Shown: piece after piece, positions 1-8,109 of the stretch | Layout: each line of letters starts with the position of its first letter | How positions within the stretch are numbered: the stretch's first letter is position 1 | DNA from: Candidatus Baldrarchaeota archaeon | Lineage (GTDB): Archaea > Asgardarchaeota > Baldrarchaeia > Baldrarchaeales > DXJG01 | Reading direction: 5' to 3' | Length of the DNA stretch: 32,000 nucleotides | Assembly: GCA_019056805.1 (NCBI GenBank) | Contig: DXJG01000012.1 | Location: 15,118-47,117, forward strand | The notes under the pieces: generated by a model | What the model was told of the DNA's origin: nothing | Seen by the model: the letters and a program-made list of their open reading frames with translations, nothing else | The model's database searches: none | Program-made: the position numbers and the translations under genes

Positions 1-1
1 T

Positions 2-94
2 ACAGTGAAGTCTAAGTGCAGAGAAAATTACGAAGAAATTGAACTATTTACGTCATTCAGCTATGATGAAAGGGGTGATACAAGTGGAAAATGA
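2..94 (+). CDS. Possible 3' end of a gene entering from upstream (TVKSKCRENYEEIELFTSFSYDERGDTSGK*)
   Basis: Frame open from the window edge to TGA at 92-94 with protein-like composition; too short to identify. Confidence 0.3.
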   Translation, partial: TVKSKCRENYEEIELFTSFSYDERGDTSGK

Positions 95-149
95 AAAATA
101 TTTTAAATATGTTCTAACGATAAATGTGGTTTTAAGGAGTTGAATTAAA

Positions 150-653
150 ATGTCATCTTCATTTAGAAGGTTGGTCAGCTTTTATATATTCATCGGCGTC
201 ATCCTTTTTGTCATTGTTTTAACAGTAATGTCGCTTCCACATGGGGCTTTCGAGGCAACTATATTTGTTACAATCATATGGCTGTTTCTAACCATGCTTC
301 ATTTCTCAAACAAAGGATCAAACAGAACTCTCGGAGTTATCGATACGATCCTAGGTTCTTTTCTCCTGATTGAGATCCTAGCACATCTATCTGAATATGC
401 AATGGGACCACTTATTATTCAAATGGCAGTTATAGTTTTTACTGTTTATTCAGCAGGCCTCATGTCGCTAGGAGTAATTCTCATAATGAAGAAGCCTGCT
501 CGCGAACCCGTAACTAAACCAACTGTGCCTCATGTTTCTGCACCAGCAGTGCCAACAGAGAGGAGAATTATAGTTAGATGTCCCTCCTGTGGCAGGGAGG
601 TTCACAGCACCTATGTATTCTGTCCGAACTGTGGAGCCCAAATCCAAGAATAG
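150..653 (+). CDS. Membrane protein (about 4 TM) with C-terminal zinc ribbon
   Basis: Four hydrophobic segments, Pro-rich linker, CPSCG...CPNCG pair; GGAG 11-14 nt upstream of the ATG. Confidence 0.85.
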   Translation: MSSSFRRLVSFYIFIGVILFVIVLTVMSLPHGAFEATIFVTIIWLFLTMLHFSNKGSNRTLGVIDTILGSFLLIEILAHLSEYAMGPLIIQMAVIVFTVYSAGLMSLGVILIMKKPAREPVTKPTVPHVSAPAVPTERRIIVRCPSCGREVHSTYVFCPNCGAQIQE

Positions 654-678
654 CTAAACAAGAATTTAGAAGAAGATA

Positions 679-966
679 ATGGTAGAAAAGTTGGAAAAAG
701 CATATATTAGCTTTATGGAGAATCTTCTAGAGTTTTGAAAGACGCTGCTGGAATTCCCTAAGACATTGTTTAAAAGAGTGGCAGAAGATCTTAACAGGCG
801 CTTTGAAATTTTCCAGAGATATATGGGTCTAGTCGAGGGTATCGTGATAGGAAACAAAAATATTGCTATCTGTTTCCAAGCTACTGCGATTGCATAACAG
901 GAAGTGGACTTATAGAACATGCTTAAGTTAGTACAGGAAGATATTCTGATAAAACCAAGGTTATGA
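679..966 (+). pseudogene. Possible decayed gene of unknown family
   Basis: The frame from ATG 679 reads MVEKLEKAYISFMENLLEF*KTLLEFPKTLFKRVAEDLNRRFEIFQRYMGLVEGIVIG...A*QEVDL*NMLKLVQEDILIKPRL*. It is protein-like but has in-frame stops (TGA 736, TAA 895 and later). The listed minus ORF 666-1004 is its antisense frame. Confidence 0.3.
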
Positions 967-1165
967 CCTATCACACATTTTTCTTTTACCTTATTTTTAG
1001 TCATTTTTCTTGTAACGAAGTATTTTATTGAGAATATGATGAAATGACAAGAGTTTTAAAATAAACATGTAATTTGGACAGAAGATTATTAGTAGATTTT
1101 TATGCTATTTTAATTATGGGGATCGTAGTATATCTTTGATTGATGAACTTGAGCTTGTTAACTAA

Positions 1166-1978
1166 TTGGTGATGATTGGGGTGGAGAATCTTAAAGAAAC
1201 TATTGAAAAATTTCTTGAAAATAGGACTCGTTACCTGCTTTCAATAGTATTTGGGGCTTCGGCAATTGTTTTGCTGATAATCACGTGTATAAAATTTACT
1301 TTGATTATACCTCTACATTTCACCCCAGAAATGATGACTGAAATACTGTGGATTGTAAGAATGTTAGCTGGATTGTTAATGCTGGTTTCTGTGACTTTAA
1401 TTGTGCTGTTGCGTTCAAATAGCCCTGTACCAATGACCGGGGAAATGGGTCTTGCTTCATCTATGCTTTTCATGATACCTGTCGCGTTTAGTTTTTCCAT
1501 TGGTTTTTCTTTTGCTCTGTTTCTTCCTTCGATTTTTATTGAAAAATTGTATAGCTCACTTTCCTTCGTGCTTTTTCCAGTTACGGTGCTAGTTACTATT
1601 TGCACGGTTTTCATAATATATCATGTTAGTAATAGATTTGGAGGAAAGCTGGGGAGTTTCGTTAGCGGCTTTCTACCTCCCCTCTATGTTTTTTGTCTGG
1701 TTAACCCGTTGCCTTACGTTTTGATAGTTCTTCAATTCGCTATAGTGTTCAAAGCATATAGTGATTTACGTAAGGGATGGATGCAGTTTTTAGATTCCTT
1801 TTTCACTGAGAAAAACGTTCTTACATATTCAACTTTACGTGAAATTCTTGGCGAAGAATTCTTTAACAAATCCGATAATGTTTCAAAGCTGATCAGCTAT
1901 TTATCTGAGCTGAGACTAAGAGTGGAAGTTGAAGATGCTGTAAAAGGTGAAGTTAAAAACCAAGCATCCCGAATGTAA
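1166..1978 (+). CDS. Hypothetical multi-pass membrane protein (about 6 TM plus soluble C-terminal tail)
   Basis: Long hydrophobic stretches and a charged C-terminus; true start may be ATG 1172 or GTG 1181. Confidence 0.75.
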   Translation: MVMIGVENLKETIEKFLENRTRYLLSIVFGASAIVLLIITCIKFTLIIPLHFTPEMMTEILWIVRMLAGLLMLVSVTLIVLLRSNSPVPMTGEMGLASSMLFMIPVAFSFSIGFSFALFLPSIFIEKLYSSLSFVLFPVTVLVTICTVFIIYHVSNRFGGKLGSFVSGFLPPLYVFCLVNPLPYVLIVLQFAIVFKAYSDLRKGWMQFLDSFFTEKNVLTYSTLREILGEEFFNKSDNVSKLISYLSELRLRVEVEDAVKGEVKNQASRM

Positions 1979-2023
1979 CAAAGTACAAACGTTATTATAG
2001 ATTGAAAAACATTGTAATTTGAG

Positions 2024-2908
2024 GTGCTTAGGTTGGTTAAAGTTGAAGAATTAGGAAATGGAGCATACAGAATTCCTGGAAGAACTATTGTTGGTTTAAT
2101 TTGTATAGATAAAGAATGTTATGTGATTGATACGGGTTTAGATGATGATCAAGGGCGCCGAGCATTAAATGTGGTGAAATCTTTAAATTGTAAGTTAAAG
2201 GCTGTTTTAAATACTCATTCTCATGCTGACCATATAGGAGGGAACAATTTTATAGAAAAACGTAGTGGTGTAGATATTTTTGGGCCTTTGGAGGAGATTC
2301 CATATATTAGAAATCCTAAGTTGGAGCCTGTTATGCTTTACGGTGGAAGCCCTGTTCCGGAACTGCTTTCAAAATTTTTCATGGCTAAACCTAGTAATGC
2401 GAAGCCGATAGAGAATGTAAAGTTACCGGTGAAGTTAGTTGATCTTCGTGGTCATTCACCTGGAATGATTGGAATTCAAACTGATCAAGTGTTTTTTGTT
2501 GCAGATGCTTACACGGGTATCAATATTTTGAGTAAACATGTTATACCGTATGCTTATGATACTGAATCGGCACTAAAAACTTTAGAGTTCATATTAGATA
2601 CTAAAGGTCTGCTTTACGTACCTTTTCACGGTGAGCCGAGTGAAGAGCCTGAGGAGGAGATAGAGGCTAATATATCAGCTATTAAAAGAACAAAAGAAAC
2701 ATTGCTTAAAGCTTTGAAGGATGATTTAAGTACGTGTCAAGTTATTTCAAGGGTTCTATCTCAACTAAATGTTAAGATAAGAGACGCAGCTCTCTATTTT
2801 CTTTATGAATCGTTGTTAAAGGGGTATTTGTCTTGGCTTAAACGAGATGGACTGATCACCTTTAAAATTGAATTTAATAAAATAATTTGGACGTTGATTA
2901 AGGCTTAA
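2024..2908 (+). CDS. MBL-fold metallo-hydrolase
   Basis: IDTG, THSHADHIGG (HxHxDH), GHSPG, VADA and PFHG motifs; GAGG directly before the GTG start. Confidence 0.92.
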   Translation: MLRLVKVEELGNGAYRIPGRTIVGLICIDKECYVIDTGLDDDQGRRALNVVKSLNCKLKAVLNTHSHADHIGGNNFIEKRSGVDIFGPLEEIPYIRNPKLEPVMLYGGSPVPELLSKFFMAKPSNAKPIENVKLPVKLVDLRGHSPGMIGIQTDQVFFVADAYTGINILSKHVIPYAYDTESALKTLEFILDTKGLLYVPFHGEPSEEPEEEIEANISAIKRTKETLLKALKDDLSTCQVISRVLSQLNVKIRDAALYFLYESLLKGYLSWLKRDGLITFKIEFNKIIWTLIKA

Positions 2909-2964
2909 ACTGAAATTAAAAAGTATTAGCTGTGTTATGGTGTTAAGTTTCTGGGGAATCATTG

Positions 2965-3747
2965 TTAAGCTTCTAAGTCTTCTTTTGTTGTTTCGAAGCC
3001 GGATCTAGGTTTAGGAGTCCATTCAAGGTATGGTGCAAATGGATAGCGTGAAGCTCCTGCCTTATGTGTTTCTATTAGTCCATTTAATAATTCATCTATA
3101 ATATTTGGGTGAAAAGCAACTATTAATTCGCTATCTTGAACAAAACCGTATCTACGATCTCCGGCACATGGAAAGTCGACCACGAAATCTCTACCAAGTG
3201 CTATGTTGGCAATGGCTGAACATAATGCTGCTTCTGCCGCAGTTTTTATCTCTACTGGTTTTCCATCTTGATAAGCATAGGCATGAATTAATCTGACAGC
3301 TTGTGCAGGTGTACAATAGATTATAATGATTTGAGGTTCTCTGGGAGAGATGTCTAATGGGGCTGTCATTGCTGCATCGTATTTATGTCCATCATCTCCT
3401 AATCTTATCACTGATTCTTGAAATCGACGTGCTGCCTCTAGTGTTTTAGCGTAAAATTTTACGCTTAGTTTTCCGCTTTTTAATCTCTCAGGAGTTTTTA
3501 TGAATCCTAAGCACGATGAACCTAGTACGCAGACATGTTGCTCACGCGATATACAAGAGATTAAATGATGGTATCTGGCTTTTGCAACCAATTGACAAAT
3601 GTTTGCATTATTATCTATGAAATATCCTTTTGGCGCATCTTTTCTCTTCTCAAAAAGCCTTATGGCGATTGGATGTGTTCTTAATCTTAAGTATTGTATT
3701 AATAGATTGTAAGCTTCTTTCCACTTTGACATGTCATCTTCCCCCAA
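2965..3747 (-). CDS. DUF169-family protein
   Basis: Conserved-looking Cys pattern (ICQ, HVCxxG, LCS, PCAGDRRYG) and PQIIIIYCTPAQAVRL typical of DUF169; start may be ATG 3732. Confidence 0.75.
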   Translation of the reverse strand: MGEDDMSKWKEAYNLLIQYLRLRTHPIAIRLFEKRKDAPKGYFIDNNANICQLVAKARYHHLISCISREQHVCVLGSSCLGFIKTPERLKSGKLSVKFYAKTLEAARRFQESVIRLGDDGHKYDAAMTAPLDISPREPQIIIIYCTPAQAVRLIHAYAYQDGKPVEIKTAAEAALCSAIANIALGRDFVVDFPCAGDRRYGFVQDSELIVAFHPNIIDELLNGLIETHKAGASRYPFAPYLEWTPKPRSGFETTKEDLEA

Positions 3748-4085
3748 AACATTTGGAAAGGATTATTTAAGAACTTTTTTATATTTTCTTTGGCTGACGT
3801 TTTCATTTTGAGCTTATGAACTCAAGTGAATCAAAAATACAGCGATGATCATAATTCACTTAGGTTTCAAAGGGTGCCAAAAATTAATTTTATTTGAAAT
3901 ACATATTTTGTATTGTTTATTCTTTCGATATGAGGTCAAATTTTCATCAATTAAATCTCTTCTAAAACTTCGAGTTCCTTGAATAAAATAGAAGTAGATA
4001 GTTCAAAAATCATGTCGATAAGAGGGAGGCTTTGATTAGTTGTTTTGTAGCAATAGTTATCAGTGAATATAAGTAATGATATTTC

Positions 4086-4316
4086 TTATCGAGTTCTTCG
4101 TGGGAAATACCAAGGGAATGGAGTTAGCATGTATCTTGGAACTAAGCGTATTGCTTGTTGTGGGCATGAGCGGACACATAGCCCGCATCCTATGCAAATC
4201 ATCCAGTTAACTATTGCTTTCCCCCTTATTACTTTTATAGCTCCAGTTGGACAATATCTCTCACAAGTTTTGCAGCCAACACATCTATTTTTGTTAACAT
4301 AAGCTACAAAAAACAC
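4086..4316 (-). CDS. 2x[4Fe-4S] dicluster ferredoxin
   Basis: CVGCKTCERYCP and CIGCGLCVRSCP motifs; GGAGA upstream of the GTG start. Confidence 0.92.
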   Translation of the reverse strand: MFFVAYVNKNRCVGCKTCERYCPTGAIKVIRGKAIVNWMICIGCGLCVRSCPQQAIRLVPRYMLTPFPWYFPRRTR

Positions 4317-4388
4317 TTACATCTCTCCTAACAAATTTCAATACGCAAATCCCTTTGAGATTACAACATATGTGAGCCAACTATTAGC

Positions 4389-4664
4389 TTACTTTTTCAG
4401 CTCCTCCATACGCTTTCTAATCTCATTTAATTGCTGCTCCAGAAATTTCGCTTGTTCTTCTAACATTCTTATCTCTTCTTCCTTTGAAAATACTGGAGGA
4501 ACTGCATATCCCATGGTATAAGGTGTTACTGGTGCGTAGATTCTCATCCACCAAGGCATCCATGGATAGAACCAAGGCCAGGGCCAATATCTGTATGTGT
4601 ATCTGAACCAACTCATTATGTATGGAAGTAGGAACCATCCAAATGGTCCCATTCCAAACGGCAA
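4389..4664 (-). CDS. DUF5320-like small protein
   Basis: MPFGMGP start, aromatic/Pro-rich middle, C-terminal coiled coil SKEEEIRMLEEQAKFLEQQLNEIRKRMEEL; GGTGA upstream. Confidence 0.75.
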   Translation of the reverse strand: MPFGMGPFGWFLLPYIMSWFRYTYRYWPWPWFYPWMPWWMRIYAPVTPYTMGYAVPPVFSKEEEIRMLEEQAKFLEQQLNEIRKRMEELKK

Positions 4665-4697
4665 TTCACTTCACCTGTTTTCGTGTTCTCAAATATA

Positions 4698-4735
4698 TTG
4701 TGCAATAGCACAAAATATATTTTTCGATGCATCGA
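4698..4735. promoter_or_regulatory. Palindromic elements at the DUF5320 promoter
   Basis: TTGTGC-AATA-GCACAA (4698-4713) and perfect TCGATGCATCGA (4724-4735), next to an AATATATTT TATA-like box on the minus strand (4691-4699). Confidence 0.35.
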
Positions 4736-5066
4736 CCTATATAATGGATTTAGGGAAAACTAAAAACATAGAAAATCATGAAGATAACCATATTTTAAAT
4801 TTCTACAATTTTACAGCCCTGTTTCAACGCATTCTTCATAATATTTCTTACAAGGTCTCCACTACAAATTACATGGAACAACCTTTTTGCACCTAAATCT
4901 TTAAGCTATTCAATAATAGATGAGATTTCCGCTTCGGATGCCTTTATTAAATGAAACCACCGATAAGAAGATACTTATTGACACCAGCCAGCTGTTTTCT
5001 CCCATAGTTGAAACTTATCTAAGTTTTATCTTTAATTTTAAAAGTCATATTGTATAAATTGTTCTT

Positions 5067-5900
5067 ATGAGCGATGTAGTAAAGAGGTATTATGATTTAT
5101 GTGCTGAACGAGAGTGGAAAAGACTTTTCAAAGATGCGTATCATCAACTTGAGTTTATTGTTACAATGCATTTTCTCGATAAATATCTTCCAGAAAGCAG
5201 GTTGATTCTTGATGCTGGTGGCGGACCTGGGAGATATACCATAGAACTAGCTAAAAAGGGCTACGATGTTGTATTGTTAGATCTTTCACCTGAATGTTTA
5301 AAATTGGCGAGAAAGAAAATTAAGGAAGCAGGTGTTGAAAGTAAAGTTAAGAAAATTGTCGAGGGACCTGTTACAGATTTATCTATGTTTGAAGATAATC
5401 TTTTTGATGCTATATTATGTTTAGGTCCTCTTTCACATCTAATTGAAGAAAAGGACAGGGAAAAAGCTGCAAATGAACTTATAAGGGTTGCTAAACCTAG
5501 AACTCACCTCTTTGTTTCTGTAATTAATAGGTATGGAGTTTTCAGAACTGTTCTTCAAAGGTATCCATATAATCTTACTGAACCCACCCATCGAGAGATG
5601 TTTGAAAAGGGTATACATCGTGCAGAATGGCACAAAGATCTTCCAGAGGATAAAGGTTTTATGGATGCTTATTTCTTTCATCCAAATGAGTTAAAACAGC
5701 TTTTTGAAAACAAGGGAGTTGAAACTGTAGATATGGTGGCATGCGAAGGTTTATCGGCTCATCTTCAAGAAGAAACTAACAAAATATATGAGAATAAGGA
5801 GAAATGGAAAAGATGGGTGCAAATTATTCTTCAAACATGTAATGATCCAACAATAATTGGAGTAAGCGAACACATACTCTACATAGGTAGAAAAAGGTGA
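5067..5900 (+). CDS. Class I SAM-dependent methyltransferase
   Basis: ILDAGGGPGRY motif I, LLDLS motif II, FDAILCLGPLSH. Confidence 0.92.
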   Translation: MSDVVKRYYDLCAEREWKRLFKDAYHQLEFIVTMHFLDKYLPESRLILDAGGGPGRYTIELAKKGYDVVLLDLSPECLKLARKKIKEAGVESKVKKIVEGPVTDLSMFEDNLFDAILCLGPLSHLIEEKDREKAANELIRVAKPRTHLFVSVINRYGVFRTVLQRYPYNLTEPTHREMFEKGIHRAEWHKDLPEDKGFMDAYFFHPNELKQLFENKGVETVDMVACEGLSAHLQEETNKIYENKEKWKRWVQIILQTCNDPTIIGVSEHILYIGRKR

Positions 5901-5901
5901 C

Positions 5902-6456
5902 TTAGATTTTTCTAAATATTTCCATTAGCATGTCGTAAACATTCTCCTCTTTTGCACGTTTTGTTAAATAGTTCATGTCTAAATGGTCTCTTATATTTAC
6001 AATTACAGAAAAAACGTCTTCTATGTCTTGTGGTGAGCCATAAATAAGTTTAGCAATTATGAGGTCTTCAGGGGCTTCTATCCATGTTTCTAAATTCAAT
6101 AACGTAATTTTACGTCTATTTTTGATCACAATTTGATCAAGTTTTGTATAAATGCTTTTCATATCAACTCTAAATGGAGTTATCTTGTCAAATATAGAAA
6201 AATGAGATTTATTTTTTAGTGCGGTAATGATTTCCTTCTCTGTTACATCTAGGTCATATCTTGTTAAAATAGATGTCAATCTTTTGATGCTCTCTTCTTC
6301 TAATAAATTTAAGTCAGCAATTATGTCGATATCCATGGTAGTTCTTGGTCTTCCATAAATAATAGCTGCTACTCCCCCAACAATCACATAATCAATTTTA
6401 GACTCATTTAATGCTGAAATTACTCGTTTTACAAATCTTTCAAATCTGCTTTCCAT
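5902..6456 (-). CDS. Nucleotidyltransferase (pol-beta superfamily; DUF6036/AbiEii-like)
   Basis: YVIVGGVAAIIYGRPRTTMDIDII (GG..A...G..R.T.DxD), RVD, PEDLIIAKL, QDIED. Confidence 0.85.
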   Translation of the reverse strand: MESRFERFVKRVISALNESKIDYVIVGGVAAIIYGRPRTTMDIDIIADLNLLEEESIKRLTSILTRYDLDVTEKEIITALKNKSHFSIFDKITPFRVDMKSIYTKLDQIVIKNRRKITLLNLETWIEAPEDLIIAKLIYGSPQDIEDVFSVIVNIRDHLDMNYLTKRAKEENVYDMLMEIFRKI

Positions 6457-6668
6457 TTTTCTTTAAGCTCCATCATGTTTTTCCTTAACAATTTGAAAAG
6501 TTCCTCTTCAACGACATTAGGATACATTTTTCTTAGATGTTCCAATTTAGTTTTGATGACAAAATCTATCAGTTCTCCCGCTATTTTAAGCGGATTTTCT
6601 TTTAATTTCTTCATTCTTTCGATATCTTGTTTAATTTGTCTTATTCTATGCTCGCTAGGAAAATACAC
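6429..6668 (-). CDS. Small helical protein overlapping the nucleotidyltransferase start; putative partner or antitoxin
   Basis: 79 aa, Lys/Glu-rich and helical (ELIDFVIKTKLEHLRKMYPNVVEEELFKLL); overlaps the downstream gene by 28 nt. Confidence 0.6.
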   Translation of the reverse strand: MYFPSEHRIRQIKQDIERMKKLKENPLKIAGELIDFVIKTKLEHLRKMYPNVVEEELFKLLRKNMMELKEKWKADLKDL

Positions 6669-6969
6669 AAGTTATCAACCTCAGTTGTTAAATTATACTT
6701 CAACTAATATATTTACTTTGATTATGGAAACTTAATTTATTCTACCAATATCTAGCTGTTTAAAAATGAAAACTTACTAAAAGAAAATATTATTCTTTCA
6801 GAAAAGGTAAGTGAAATGCTCTAAAATATGTAAATAATCCAAATAATAATTAAGATGTCTGGTTACAGTATGATAAATAGGAAAAGTATATTGTTCTTAA
6901 AAGATTTCATAAAGTACTCGTTTGAAAAATAATATAATAGTTTAATATTCTAAAAAGAGGGGAATTGTT

Positions 6970-7872
6970 GTGTCTGTGAAAATTGAAATGTTTGGTTTAA
7001 AACTGCCTAAGATCAAGCCAGGAGATGATTTGGTTAAACTAATATTGGATGAAGCTTTACGGGTAGCCGATGGCGTAAAGGATGGAGATGTTGTAGTTAT
7101 AACGAGTAAGGTTATCTCTAAGGCATATAACTTTTTAATTAAATTGGATGAAGTTAAACCCTCAAAAAAGGCTTTAAAAATGGCTAGGAAGCTTAATATG
7201 GATCCAAGGTTTATTCAAGCCGTACTTGATCAGAGCGATGAAATACTTTTCGTATTTCCGTTTTATGAATTGGTTAGAGAAGGGATAATTAGTATAGAGA
7301 AAGTGTCAAAGGACCTTAGTGGGGCATATGAGGCTTTAAAGAGAATTCCATATATGCTGGTTGTGAGAAGGGATCATCAAATTTATACAGATGCGGGTTT
7401 AGATTTTTCAAATAATCCTGAAGGTATACTTAGTGCTTTGCCTAGAAACTTGGATAAAATTGCTAGGGAGATTAGGAGAAAAATAATGGAATTGACTGGG
7501 AAGGATGTAGCTGTTGTTATATCTGATACTGAGGTTTGGTTTTCACTTGGTTCCTTAGATTTTGCTAGAGGTTCTTCAGGTATTGAAGTTGTTTCAAGAG
7601 ATTTTGGGGAGTTAGATTTGTATGGTAAACCTAAGTTTGGTGGAGTAGATTATATTGTGCATGAAATTGCTTGTGCAGCAGCTCTTTTAATGGGTCAAAC
7701 AGCAGAAGGTATTCCAGTAGTTATAATTAGAGGGTATAAATATCGGAGGAACGAAGAAGGTGTTTCAGACTACCAAATAGCTCCAGATAAGGTAAAGAAA
7801 GCTATTAGAAAAATAATGAGGTCCTCAATTGAAGCATTAGGATTAAAATGGTTGTTAAAACTATTTAAATAA
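6970..7872 (+). CDS. cofE: Coenzyme F420:L-glutamate ligase-like protein (divergent CofE family)
   Basis: PKIKPGDDL, GDVVVITSKVISKA, AGLDFSN, VAVVISDT, DLYG, AAALLMGQTAEGIPVVIIRG; GAGGGG upstream. Confidence 0.8.
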   Translation: MSVKIEMFGLKLPKIKPGDDLVKLILDEALRVADGVKDGDVVVITSKVISKAYNFLIKLDEVKPSKKALKMARKLNMDPRFIQAVLDQSDEILFVFPFYELVREGIISIEKVSKDLSGAYEALKRIPYMLVVRRDHQIYTDAGLDFSNNPEGILSALPRNLDKIAREIRRKIMELTGKDVAVVISDTEVWFSLGSLDFARGSSGIEVVSRDFGELDLYGKPKFGGVDYIVHEIACAAALLMGQTAEGIPVVIIRGYKYRRNEEGVSDYQIAPDKVKKAIRKIMRSSIEALGLKWLLKLFK

Positions 7873-8109
7873 GTAAACATCTACATTTCATCCTGTCCCT
7901 AGCAAAATCTTTAGTCTTCTTCTGAGTTTCTATACGTCGATGCTAAATTTGTATATTTTTCTAGAACAAGGTTTGACAATTTTTCTATTAACTTCATTTA
8001 TATTTTCTTTGGCAATTTATTCCAAACAAAAGACTTAAAAAGTTGTAGCATATATTACAATTAATAGTTTTTTCCAAAAGCGCCTAGAAGTTGCGTATCC
8101 TCCATAATA

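Noticed and set aside
666-1004. Minus-strand 112-aa ORF
   Set aside because: No RBS, unnatural composition, and it mirrors a more protein-like plus frame.
1231-1614. Minus-strand 127-aa ORF
   Set aside because: Antisense shadow of the membrane protein gene 1166-1978.
4063-4896. ORFs 4063-4302, 4423-4638 and 4597-4896
   Set aside because: They overlap the ferredoxin and DUF5320 genes or their promoter and show no motifs.
6475-6735. Plus-strand 86-aa ORF
   Set aside because: Antisense to the NTase partner gene; Ser/Ile/Phe-rich shadow composition.
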